64,000 nt of DNA, taken from positions 7,872,001 through 7,936,000 of the forward strand of contig OY759599.1 of the NCBI GenBank assembly GCA_963662465.1. Reading direction: 5' to 3'. The stretch's first letter is position 1. Each line of letters begins with the position of its first letter. The notes below the pieces were generated by a model. It had not been told where the DNA came from, searched no databases, and saw only the letters and a program-made list of their open reading frames with translations. A program made the position numbers and the translations under genes. Shown here piece after piece: positions 29,134 through 39,824 of the stretch. The stretch is from Desulfatiglandales bacterium (GTDB lineage: Bacteria; Desulfobacterota; DSM-4660; Desulfatiglandales; Desulfatiglandaceae).

Positions 29134-32100
29134 TCATTCGTGCCATTTTCATAGACGGATTCGGGACCTACTTTTGCACGGAAGCACGGTGTTCGAGGTG
29201 GACCCGTTGTTCTGACCATGGAGGACGGGCAGGCGCATGACCTGACTGAACTGGAAACCATTCTTGGCGGCATCTCGGGGCCGGTATTCCATAACGTGTA
29301 CGCCTTCAGCCTGGATGAATTGCAAACCTTTCAGTCCCTCCGGGATGAGGCGGTAAACACCTCGCTGTACGGGATCTCGACGGGGACCACGGCACAGGCC
29401 CTGCCCACGGCACTTTCCAGAATCGAGAAGGAGTGTGGTGTGTATTTCAAGCGCCGTGGGTCCACACCACAGATCAACCGGAAGCTTTCAGAGCTGAAAG
29501 AAATCGATCAAAAGCTGCGAATCGCCAGAAATGAAGCCGCCGGGTATGACAAGAAGGCGCTGGAAATGAGTCAGCGCGAAGAGGAAATGAGACAGCTGGC
29601 AGGTTGGCTTTCAGAGACTGAAAGGGACCTCTTTCGTTTTGAACTTTACAGAAAAATCTGGCCTGACTGGACGGAACTCAACATCGTGAAAGGAGCGTTG
29701 AACGAGCTTCCGGAAAAGGTTGAAACATTCCCTAAAGACGGTCTGCTTCGCGCTCGAACCGAAATAAAATCCCTGGAAGAATCCCGGAAAAGAGTTCGTG
29801 ATTTTGAAGCAGACATAAAAAACGCCGAAGATGCGTTGAGAGGAATAGAGATTGATTCTGATGTTCTGGAACAGGAAGATCCGATTTCAAAGCTGTCACA
29901 GGAACAAGTGCGATACGCGGATTCTGTCGCCGCCTTGAAGGAGGAGCAGGTTCGTCTTTCAGATTCCCAGAAGCAGATCGACGAGGAACTGGCAAAACTG
30001 GGCAGTGACTGGGCTGAGCAGAAAGTGATGGAAACAGACTTGTCACTTTTCAACCGCCAGACAATTCTCTCCTGGAAAGACGTGGTTCCACGGAGCCGGG
30101 TTCCCGTGCCTGGATGACAGTTTTCCTTGTTGTTTCCATTCTCTTCGGTGCGGGCGCCGTCGGCATGATGGGCTGGCTGGCTTTTCTTGCCGACCGGCTG
30201 CCGTTTCTCTCGCAAGAGGCGCGGATCCCGTCCTGGTGGACGTCCGGACTGATGGCGACCGGTGCATCCTTTTTTCTGTTTCTGGTGCTGCTCTTCGTAT
30301 TTTTATCCGCTCGAAAACAGAGAAAAAAGGCGGAACAGCTGTTTCTTTCCCTCGATGGAGAAATCCAATCACTAAAAAAGAACCTGAATGAACTCGAGGC
30401 TGCCCGGGAAGAGAAGAAGCAAGAAGCTGCAAATCTGGCCGGAGAGCTTGAGGTTGAAGTGCCGGAAAGGGAAGAGGACGTTCAGCCGCTTGAAGACCTG
30501 TTGCAGGAAGATATCCTGGTTTTGAGAGAAAGAGAAAGGATACACGCCTTCCTGGAAAAGCTCGATGAAGAGGTTGTGAAGCGCCGGAAAGATCTAGATC
30601 AACTGCGAGAGCAGTCCGGAGAAAACGAGCGGAACTTTCTCGAATCCAGGGAATCATGGGACCGCTTTGTAAAAGATCTGGGGTTCAGTTCAAAAATTGA
30701 ACCAGGGATGGTCAGGGTCATATTTGAAAAAATAGATAAAGCCAGGGGGGAACTTGCCCAGGTTCAGGACCTTCGACGTCGAAAAGACCTGATGGCCAAA
30801 GAACGAGTTCGATACATGTCTCTTGGAAAGAGCATTCCCGCCATGGCAGACCATGTAGCTGGCGACCCTGCCGTGTTCCTTGATGCGGCGGATCGATTTT
30901 TCGAAAGAGAAAGGGAACAGGAACAACTGCGCCGCAGGATTAGGACAGACAGTCAGCGTCTGGAAGAAGAGGAGGCAGCGCTTGCCCTTCTGCAGACCGA
31001 AATTGACAACAAAAGGGAGGAACTGCGTCTGTTTCATGGCGAGATGGATCAGTTCAGAAAAAAAGAATGGGGCATGTGGCTCCTCAAACAGGGACTGCCT
31101 GAGTCTCTGTCCCCGGAAATCGCTGTCGAGGCCCTATTTTCGATCGATCGTTGTAAACAGGCCATTCTGGAAAAACAAAACCACAGGACCAGGATCCCCT
31201 CACTCGAAACCTTTATCCGGGACTACACTGGAAGCGTATCCGACCTGGCTCTAAAGACAGGTAGACCGGCACCCGCTCCGGAACAGATTGAGATGTTTGT
31301 TCAAATACTAAGCAGACATCTGAGGGAAAACCTGAAGAAACAGTCAGACCGCGAGGTGCTGGGGAAGCAGATTTCCGGAATTCAGGGTTCTGCCGGGAAG
31401 GAAAAAAGAAACCTTGACGAAATTGTCAACAGGATGACCCGCCTGTATGAACAGGGGGGAGCAACAACACATGATGATTTTCTACACCGGGGCACGATGT
31501 TCGAGAGACAGGAATCGTTACGGAAAGCACGGCGCCAACATGAAGACAGCACCAGGAAGATTGCGGGTGACCCGGATTTGGAAACTTTGAAGACAAAATT
31601 GAAGGAGCTGACAAAAGAGCGTGTGGAAGAGCAAGTTCGCGCGCTCCGTTCTGAAAAAGAAGAGATGGAGCCGGGACTGGAAAAGCTTCGACAGGAAAAA
31701 GCCGACCTGAACGCTGAGCTGAAGGCTTTGCAATCCTCGGATGACATTGTCTTCTTGAGGACTGTGGAAGAAGGTAAGCTTGCGGAGCTTCGGGACATGG
31801 CAAGGGAGTGGAGTCGATGGAAGGTGGCCGGGCTCCTTCTCCAGAAGGCCCGGGAGAAGTTTGAAAGAGACCAGCAACCTCAAATCATACAATCTTCGTC
31901 CGACTATTTCAAAAGAATAACGAAGGGAAAGTATTCAAGGATTGTTCTGCCCGTGGGGAGCAAAACGCTGGAGGTTATCGGATCCAATGGAACCAGGAAA
32001 GAGCCAAAAAAACTCAGCCGTGGGACACGGGAGCAGTTGTATCTGGCCATTCGTTTCGGATACATCACACAGCATGGCCACGGGAAAGATCTGTTGCCCC

Positions 32101-32297
32101 TTGTGATGGACGATATCCTGGTGAATTTCGATCCCACCAGGGCCAGAGAGGCCGCAAAGGGCATTGCCTCTTTTGCCGAGAGTCATCAGGTCCTCTACTT
32201 CACCTGTCACCCGGAGATTGCAGCGCTTCTACAAGAGGAGAGCGGCAGAGCTGTTCTGTACCACCTGGAAAACAGCAGATTTGTGCAAAACCCATAA
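29130..32297 (+). pseudogene. YhaN-like (AAA_27) SMC-type ATPase with internal deletions/frameshifts
   Basis: Start MIIRAIFIDGFGTY with Walker A lost; VFHNVYAFSLDELQ; C-terminal LSRGTREQLYLAIR, LPLVMDDILVNFD, YFTCH; split into ORFs 29218-30117 and 30114-32297. Confidence 0.82.
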
Positions 32298-32727
32298 ACT
32301 GCCGGTTTGCTCGGTCAGTATCGTTTAAATGACTGTCTAAGAACATTGCAAGAAACCCATAATTTGCCTGACCCCTTTTCCGTCTTTTTTCCCTCCTTCT
32401 CATCTGGTCGCAGGGTATCGGCCCATACCGATGATGGGGACGGTGTTCAAGACGCATATGTCCCGAATTCTCGACGAGTCGTACAGGGCGTGCTTTGAAC
32501 CAGTGAACAGCTATAAAAAGTCTTGTTTAACCAAAAAGAATGCGATATTATTGAATCCTGGCAGGGATGCTCGGTTAAGTCTGATTTTGTACTTGAAAAC
32601 AGATGCCATGTTTAGCATACTTTCAGATTAAGTACTCGCAGTTATGGAGAGACAGCTTGATCCGTGTCCAATCTGGGATATCTCGTTCGATCGGAATGGC
32701 TTCAATACGATACGGAGAATAAAATAA

Positions 32728-32979
32728 GTGCCCGATTGGCATCGCTTTGAACCATCGAATTTTGAATATGACTTTGAGAAAGACAAATTATCTGTCCACC
32801 ATATCTCGTTCAACGAGGCGGTAGAATGTTTCTTTTCTGACTATGAAGTCCGGAAGAACAAACAATATCGAGACCGTTATCAATTGATCGGGAAGACAAT
32901 TGGTGGGCGCAAGCTAAAGATAATTTTCCAACTCAAACCCAAGAGCATTGTCCGCATTATTACCGGGTGGCCCATATGA
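32728..32979 (+). CDS. BrnT-family toxin
   Basis: FEYD..K..L..HHISFNEAVECF...DRYQLIGKT..GR.L.IIF..VRIITGW. Confidence 0.78.
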   Translation: MPDWHRFEPSNFEYDFEKDKLSVHHISFNEAVECFFSDYEVRKNKQYRDRYQLIGKTIGGRKLKIIFQLKPKSIVRIITGWPI

Positions 32980-33275
32980 CCGCAAGGAACGACAAGATAA
33001 GGCAAAATATTTCGGCTCAGGAAATCGACCGCATCGTAGTGGAGCAGGCCGATAACGATTCCAAATGGGAAGGCCCCATTTATGTGAGTAAGTCGAAAAC
33101 TGCTTCCTTGACCATCCCCGCGACCCTTGCAGCACGAGCGGCTTTCCTGGCTAGAGTGCACAGGGCAGAGGGGCTCGATGAGTGGCTGACTCGCATTATC
33201 CGAGAGCGAATTGAGCTGGAAGAAACCGCTTTCAGTGAAGCAAAACATGAAATGTATTCCAGGAGTGGCACCTAA
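32976..33275 (+). CDS. Putative antitoxin (ribbon-helix-helix-like)
   Basis: ATGA overlap with the toxin; SLTIPATLAARAAFLAR..LDEWL.RIIRERI. Confidence 0.7.
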   Translation: MTARNDKIRQNISAQEIDRIVVEQADNDSKWEGPIYVSKSKTASLTIPATLAARAAFLARVHRAEGLDEWLTRIIRERIELEETAFSEAKHEMYSRSGT

Positions 33276-33623
33276 TAGCTGTCTGGATGATCCGTACTTT
33301 CCGTTTCCGGGGTTTTTTTCTCGTTCCCAAGTTCTCCACTTTAAGTGCTTTCCTGAACACGGTCACGGTTCCTTCGATAGTCCGTTTGGCTCAATACGAC
33401 AATCTTGAAGCTTTTCTGGATCGGCTTCAAAAGGAAGATGGGCTACTCAAAAAGTGGTGTGATGTTGAACAGAAAGGTTTGGTCAGAAAGCGGAAGGAAT
33501 CTAAAGAGTTGATTAAACTGCAAGATTTCTCTGAAGGCTGTTGCCAGAAGCAATTGGCAAAGGCTGCTTAAAGCAAATATCGCGCCAAAAGATCAAATTA
33601 TCAAAGAACTATTTTTCGAAAAC

Positions 33624-34022
33624 TCAAGTATTTAAGTACCTGAATACATATTTTATGATATGTACCGTTCGTATACGCCACTCATCGTCGTAAGGGCTTT
33701 CTACTAACACACGACCAATCATATCAGTATAATTGTGATCATTTGGATCGATTACAAAATTCTCAGATATCTTTCCAAGGTTGTTGCCAAATTCATCGAA
33801 AAGACCTTTCTGCTTTGCTTGGAGCATCATATCAAGTGCCAATGAAATTGGGATTCGCCAATATGCCCCTTTCTCAAAGTAAAACCGCCGGTTTGTTCTG
33901 GAACTTGGCCGGGTTTCTCGCCAACTAATACAACTGAAATTTGGGATTAAATCGATTCGATTTTGTCGGACAAGTTTAATATTGCCGGACTGTACAAGGT
34001 CTTCCTGATGATACTTTGCCAT
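33624..34022 (-). CDS. Hypothetical protein (AT-rich)
   Basis: AAGGAG RBS before ATG 34022; about 132 aa. Confidence 0.5.
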   Translation of the reverse strand: MAKYHQEDLVQSGNIKLVRQNRIDLIPNFSCISWRETRPSSRTNRRFYFEKGAYWRIPISLALDMMLQAKQKGLFDEFGNNLGKISENFVIDPNDHNYTDMIGRVLVESPYDDEWRIRTVHIIKYVFRYLNT

Positions 34023-34246
34023 ACGGTCTCCTTTCACCCTGGCGGTGTTGATTGCTAACAGTTAGGATAGGTGAAAAAGTTTCCATGTATTGTGCTTATA
34101 TATCACAGAAAAAATCTCCCCTGTTATGATATTGCTATGTAAGATATAGAAAAAAAGATACTGGTTTTTCCATATATTGCATACTAGCGATAATAGCATT
34201 GAATATGCGCAAACCTAGCCAAAGTCAGTTTTTAAATATGAACTAT

Positions 34247-34351
34247 TATAGTGCCGGTCAAATGACTCGATACCAGATTTAAGCCCCAAATACCTTAAAA
34301 ATGGGGCTTTCAAGTCTCAAAACAGTATCAGGTCATGTGACCGGCACTATA
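34247..34351. mobile_element. Short MITE-like element (105 bp)
   Basis: 27-bp terminal inverted repeats, 24/27 match (TATAGTGCCGGTCAAATGACTCGATAC); internal AAGCCCCA/TGGGGCTT hairpin. Confidence 0.75.
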
Positions 34352-34556
34352 GTCCCCGCATCTTTCCAGTTTTCCTCTTGTATTCCATGCGCATAAAATC
34401 CCCCAGTACCCCATGAAATCCGGCGAAGGCTGGCGTAGTTCTTAGAACTTCATCCTGCGGCCAAAAATCCTTATGCCAGTACTCAAAGCGGGACTGGAAA
34501 CGAAATCCATTTCACAGGTGCCCTCTTTTAAATAATCAAAAAGTCAAATGACCAAA

Positions 34557-35400
34557 TCATCCATCGTTTTGGGAACGCACCGCAAAGGCCCGAAAGTTGT
34601 AGACGTCGTTGCGGGTGCCCCACCCGCCGCCGTAGCCGAAGTATAAGTACCTGGTGATAGAGGAATCTTCAGTTCCACTTGACCACACATACCGACCAGT
34701 GGTCTTCAAAAGAGGCGCCATGTTCTGATCCTCAAGCCCTTTCTCATGGATGTCTTCCAGTTCATTCAATGTAGGCATACGCCAACCGCCGCCTCCTGTG
34801 TTTCTTAATTTGTTCACCCAGGACTTTGCCTGCTTCCACGTCGTGTCCTTGTCCGGTCCAGCTATCCACTCAAGACCTGTTTTCGTATCCTTCACTATGT
34901 TGTTCCCGGCAGAAATATCATGCCCTTGTGTCTGCCCTGAATCGACTGGCGACGCGGTGGGCGATTTCCCATTCTCAAGCCTAAACTCGACTTCCTGAAA
35001 TTTGTCAGGGGTCAGTTCAACTTCCTTTCGGGAACGCACCGCAAACGCTCGGCGGTAGCTGGAGGCGTTGCGGTAGCCCGAGATGTAGTGCCATTCCCTG
35101 CTGCCGAGGGGGAAGTAGAAGGCCCTGGCCGTATAGGAGCCATCAGTTTCACCCGACCATACATGCCAACCAGTGGTCTTCAAGAGAGGCGTCATGTTCT
35201 GATCCTCAAGCCCCTTCTCATAGATACCTTCCAGTTCATCCATGGTAGGCATTCGCCAGCCGCCGCCTGTTTTCAGGTCGGCCACCCATGATTTCGCCTT
35301 ATCCCAGGTCGTATCCTTGTCCGGCCCCGCTATCCACTCAAGACCGGTTTTCGTATCCTTTACGATGTTATTCCCTATAGCTGCATAACGTTCGTCGATG
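34557..35400 (-). CDS. Two tandem DUF1566 (Lcl C-terminal, CLec-fold) domains; out-of-frame 3' part of the kinase gene; probable DGR target
   Basis: Twice: IVKDTKTGLEW..PDKDTTW..AKSWV..L..GGGWRMPT..EL..I...VWS...RAFAVRS; the frame is open upstream of 35285 to IDERYAAIG (about 35400). Confidence 0.85.
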
Positions 35401-37792
35401 CCTCTTCCGGAATGCTGACGACATTGATCCTGCCCTGGTTTTTTATCAGTTGGAACCCTTCATTTAGAATGCTTCCCGGCAAAATCTGAATCTCTTTTTC
35501 GACATCGATATACGAATCGAGTTTAAGTGTAATAGTTTGTTTTCCAGGTCCAATCTTTAGTTTGACGTTCGTCTTAAAGTTTGACATCTTGCCATTAACC
35601 CAGATAGTGGCACACTGTGGAAGGCTATTCAGATTGAGGTGGCAAGGAATGGGTTTGAGCGATTCATCGAGTTTTACCTCTTGATCCAAATTTACGGCCA
35701 CGTCCCCTGAAACCTCTTGATGATTATCCGCCTCAAACCTGTATTTATGGGTTCCTGCCGTTACATCCGCCACGGTCAGCGGCGGTTTGCCCATCAGTTT
35801 CCCATCAAGATAGAAACGGGCAGGATAGGCATCAGAGAAAGTCTTGGCGCTTACATTGATGCTGCCGGTCTGATGCTCCAGAATAACATGGATACGGTTC
35901 TCTTCATCAGGGATGATTCTTTCAATCCGACTCACGGGGAAAAAGCCGTTCATCTTCAGACGAATAGTCTTTTTACCAGCGCCCACACGATCTATTGTTA
36001 GCGGAGTTGCGCCTCGTTCAATCCCATCCACAAGAACGGTTGCCATCTCCGGTTCCGATGTGATAACCAGGGTTCCGACACCTTTCTCTTCTCCGGTTTT
36101 CAAGGCAGTCCCCGAAGTGGCCGAAATAACGCGATCACCTTTATCTTTACTCAGACCAAGACGAGAACGAAAATCCTTCTCCAGGAATTCGCTTTCACTC
36201 GAATCAAGCCCGAGTTCTTGTGACTTTGCGGTGAGGGTTGTGCGCACATTTTCCGGTAATTTACCATCCGGGGCAAAGGCGTACGCAAACTCAAGGGCTG
36301 TCAGAAATTGATCACCGGGCATAGGCCCGGACGGAGCGGCTTGGAGTATCTCAACTGCCGCTTGCTCGGGCGAAAAGAGATCTAACAAGGTGGAGATATC
36401 GGCTAATCTCTGGTCTACCTCAATTCTTGTGGCCTTATTCAAGAGATCATCGATCTTGCTTGCCGTGTCTTTTCCGAGCCCCTGAACGTACCGCTCAATA
36501 GGCTCCAGGTCGTGAAAACCGATCAGTCGCCCTGTCAAAATTCGATAAATCATCACACCGAGGGAAAAGACATCAGCCCGCCGGTCCGTCTCTTTGAATC
36601 CCCCGCGCTGTTCAGGAGCGCCGTAGTATTGGGTGGCTAAATTTGTACCGGTTACAGTTTCAAATGCCTTTGATAGCAAATTCGCCCTGCCGGTCTCTCG
36701 GGCCAGACCAAAATCTCCAATATATGGGCGGTCGTCTTTGTCTAAAAGAATGTTGGCGGGCTTGAGATCCCGATGGATGATGGACTCCGATCGATTATGA
36801 AGCCAATGGATCGATGTCAGAATTCCGCTAATGATCGGGAAGGCCCTGTCATAGCTGAGATATCCGCCTCTCCCAGTTTGCAATAGTTCGTCATCAGATC
36901 CGATCAGACTGGAGAGGTTTTTGGGGTAATAATCCATGGTAAGGTAGGGCTTTCCCCGCCATGTCTTGGTATGGCGTGCGTTGACAATTCCGGGAACGCC
37001 TTCCGTGGAGAGCCGGAGCATAATGCCTGCTTCGCGCCGGAATCTTTCCTTGAGTTCGGAAAGAGAAAGGCCCGATTCACGGACTAAATTAGGCTGCGGG
37101 GAAAAGATTTTTATGGCCGCCTGAAACGAAACCCCTTTTGGCGATGCTAAAAAGACCGAAGCAAATCCACCACTGCCAAGCCTGCGTTCAATAACGTAAT
37201 TGTCGAATTCCTGGAGGTTGTCCGGTAGGACATAAGACCGTTCCTGGGCCGCCTGGTAGTCTGAATGCATCGTTTGAGGAAGTCGACCGCCAGAACGACG
37301 CAACTCCTCCACCAACATAACAAACTCATCGGCGTTGTCCTCCAGGTCCATCTCCTTGAGCCGCCCAATGATCCCCTCATGCTTTTCCTTTTGAGCATTT
37401 TCCCTCAACTTCTGAAAACGTCCCTGATATTCTTTATAGAGCCCTTCTGCCTCCGGTCTTGTCTTTCCGGAATAGACTCCTTCCTTCAACCCCTCGTCAA
37501 TGGAATCCAGTATCCCTTCGATAAGGCTGTAGTTTGGCCCGTCAAAAGGCGTACTCATGAGTGTGGTCCGATGTTCGGTCAGGCGCTTTTGGTGGAATTC
37601 TTCCATATATGCATCATGACGATCCTTGATCACAGCCAAGGCCTTACCGGTCTCTTGGCGGTTATCAAGGGCATCTTTTAGGCAATTGACAGCCCCTTCA
37701 AGATCATGAGACTCGTAAAGCTGCCGGGCCTTGTCAACAGCCGAGGCCTGCCCGGTTGAGAACACCCCCTTCATACGATTAAGAAAGCCCAT
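35375..37792 (-). CDS. Ser/Thr protein kinase with N-terminal helical (TPR-like) region and PEGA repeats
   Basis: LGSGGFASVF, AIKIF, HRDLKPANILL, DFGLA, YGAPEQ, DVFSLG; PEGA units GTLVITSEPEMATVLVDG..GATPL. Confidence 0.92.
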   Translation of the reverse strand: MGFLNRMKGVFSTGQASAVDKARQLYESHDLEGAVNCLKDALDNRQETGKALAVIKDRHDAYMEEFHQKRLTEHRTTLMSTPFDGPNYSLIEGILDSIDEGLKEGVYSGKTRPEAEGLYKEYQGRFQKLRENAQKEKHEGIIGRLKEMDLEDNADEFVMLVEELRRSGGRLPQTMHSDYQAAQERSYVLPDNLQEFDNYVIERRLGSGGFASVFLASPKGVSFQAAIKIFSPQPNLVRESGLSLSELKERFRREAGIMLRLSTEGVPGIVNARHTKTWRGKPYLTMDYYPKNLSSLIGSDDELLQTGRGGYLSYDRAFPIISGILTSIHWLHNRSESIIHRDLKPANILLDKDDRPYIGDFGLARETGRANLLSKAFETVTGTNLATQYYGAPEQRGGFKETDRRADVFSLGVMIYRILTGRLIGFHDLEPIERYVQGLGKDTASKIDDLLNKATRIEVDQRLADISTLLDLFSPEQAAVEILQAAPSGPMPGDQFLTALEFAYAFAPDGKLPENVRTTLTAKSQELGLDSSESEFLEKDFRSRLGLSKDKGDRVISATSGTALKTGEEKGVGTLVITSEPEMATVLVDGIERGATPLTIDRVGAGKKTIRLKMNGFFPVSRIERIIPDEENRIHVILEHQTGSINVSAKTFSDAYPARFYLDGKLMGKPPLTVADVTAGTHKYRFEADNHQEVSGDVAVNLDQEVKLDESLKPIPCHLNLNSLPQCATIWVNGKMSNFKTNVKLKIGPGKQTITLKLDSYIDVEKEIQILPGSILNEGFQLIKNQGRINVVSIPEEASTNVMQL

Positions 37793-37834
37793 GGCTAAAT
37801 CCTCAGGATTTGCATTTAAACATCGGAAATCGGG

Positions 37835-38620
37835 TTACACCGGAAAGGCCCACCATTCAACAAAAAGATATCCAACAGATAAGAAAGCGAGCCCGAATCC
37901 GAGCTGGATCAGAATATATACGGTCTTGTTCTCCCTTGAACGAAGGTTATAGAAAACGCTACGGTTGAGAAACCGGATGACACCCAGCATGACCAGCAAA
38001 GAAAGGAAACCAATCCCTCCTTTCCACCAACCTGAAACAAGCCTTTCCCTAACCAGCGGCCATTCCCATCCATTAATGCTGTTCTGGGCGTGAATCGCGG
38101 TGGCCGTTTCGGCATCCCAAAGCGCTGCCTGAATCACGGTTTCATTTCCGTTCAGCCAGTATGTCCCGGTGAGGAAATACCTCGCCCCCAGGACCCTTCC
38201 CACCGCAGCCGCAGTCTCTTCATTAATCATGAAATCGGTTTCACGTTTTTTCATGTCATAGAATTTGTCCATGTCGCGCATCACATACATGAACTTGTTC
38301 GACCTGTCCATTGCCATGCCCAATTGTTTCTGAAGGCGTATGCCGAAAGGAAGGACTTCTTTGGTCCCCTCTTCCCTGAAAAGGTACACTGCAACCGTTT
38401 GCCGGTCGCCGAGCGCCCAGGGGATTTTCCGGTACTCCTTCCCCCCGGGTTCCTTGAACACAAACCGCCATACCGCCTTGCTATCCAATTCCGTGACCAC
38501 TTGTTCCGCCAGCTGCTGGAGAACATCTGTGGCCTCCGGATAGACGTCCGCAAAGGCGGTGCTTGAAGCCAGAAGCGCTATATACACCAGAAAAATAAAA
38601 AAGGTTTGTTTTGTAATCAC
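37835..38620 (-). CDS. Exported FlgO/CsgG-like domain protein with two C-terminal TM helices
   Basis: Signal peptide; INEETAAAVGRVLGARYFLTG..IQAALWDAETA; hydrophobic C-terminus. Confidence 0.65.
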   Translation of the reverse strand: MITKQTFFIFLVYIALLASSTAFADVYPEATDVLQQLAEQVVTELDSKAVWRFVFKEPGGKEYRKIPWALGDRQTVAVYLFREEGTKEVLPFGIRLQKQLGMAMDRSNKFMYVMRDMDKFYDMKKRETDFMINEETAAAVGRVLGARYFLTGTYWLNGNETVIQAALWDAETATAIHAQNSINGWEWPLVRERLVSGWWKGGIGFLSLLVMLGVIRFLNRSVFYNLRSRENKTVYILIQLGFGLAFLSVGYLFVEWWAFPV

Positions 38621-39824
38621 GACGACTCCACCTCAAAAGAGAAACCTAATATTTATTGGGTGGAATAGAAAAGATGAAAAGCTACACAGTCTTTATCAGA
38701 GATCCCCTTTGCAGCTAGGATAATAGTGCGATTGGGGTAAGTATTTCAAGTGCTTTCTTAAACATTCCAGAACGTGATAAGGAGAGGAAAGATTCTGGAT
38801 TACTTTTTATTTATCGGTAATAAGCCGGGTCAGACCAGTTCGCTTGAGTTTCCAGAACTAATACATTCTGCTTGGGGAAATAAACAGCATAAAATGGCAA
38901 TGTATCCAATTACATTTATGAAAACAACGGGATTCAAGATTACATCTGCCAGCCTTGAAGTCACAGATTTCGCTTTCGTAGACCAATTCCCCTGGGATCT
39001 CACCAGTAAATGAAGAAAATTTTCCATAGAGACGGGAAATTGGAAGACGCCACACAGACACAAGATAGTAGGTGCAAAAATTCGCTTCGAGGCTCCAACC
39101 ATTTGACATAACATGACAATCTAAACAGCTGGCGGCTTGAAAAACCTTGTGATACCTTTTTTGCATTGGCGTATCAGAAAAAGGTCTCCATCTTGGAAAA
39201 ACAATAGCGGGTATATCATACCGATATCACACGTGATTACTGTTTTCGAACGGCTGTGAGAAATAGCAGTAATTACAGGTCCACCTTGAACGCACTATTA
39301 GCAGGTATTCCAATGCAGCTATTGCAGCAAAATCTTGTCAAACAACCTGTTCAAATTTCTAATGCGAGGTCACAAAACTTCCACAGACGTTTTGGCGCTT
39401 GCGAAACCACAAAGTAGAAAAAGGCATCTACCTTGCGCCAACGACCCGGGTTTGTTGGGAGGAAAGAGGCCGGCAAAAAACATCCCAGATTCTGCTAAGA
39501 ACAAAGGCAAATCATTTAATGGGGGTGGTTCAGGAGGGGTGTGTTTGAAATAATGGTCGGTGAAAGCTGGAAGATGTAGCCTTTACTCTTTTAGTAAATT
39601 TTAAGTATGAAAATTTCTATTTTTAATCTTTAATATCAAATAGTTGTTGCAGTTATGGTGTTAAATGTGGTAACCGTTCACAGGGGGCAGTAATCAGGGT
39701 GTAGAAAAAGCAGTTTCGATTCGCAAATCTGAGCCGGATAAACCGGAACAGAAAAAAATATCACGCAAAGGTCCTGAATTCACTGTTCAGACAAGAAGAC
39801 ACTGGATAAACAGGGAGGAGAACG

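Noticed and set aside
34557..35160. One of the two DUF1566 repeats acting as the DGR template repeat for the other
   Set aside because: Both are coding and neither is adenine-rich at the mismatching positions; both look like mutagenised VRs
38774..39553. Several short ORFs in the AT-rich intergenic region
   Set aside because: Overlapping on both strands with no RBS or motif support; also applies to 33287-33571 and 48523-48912
39480..39820. Possible cyclic di-GMP riboswitch upstream of the HEAT-repeat gene
   Set aside because: Only isolated GGCAAA and ACGCAAAG fragments; spacing and stems do not fit
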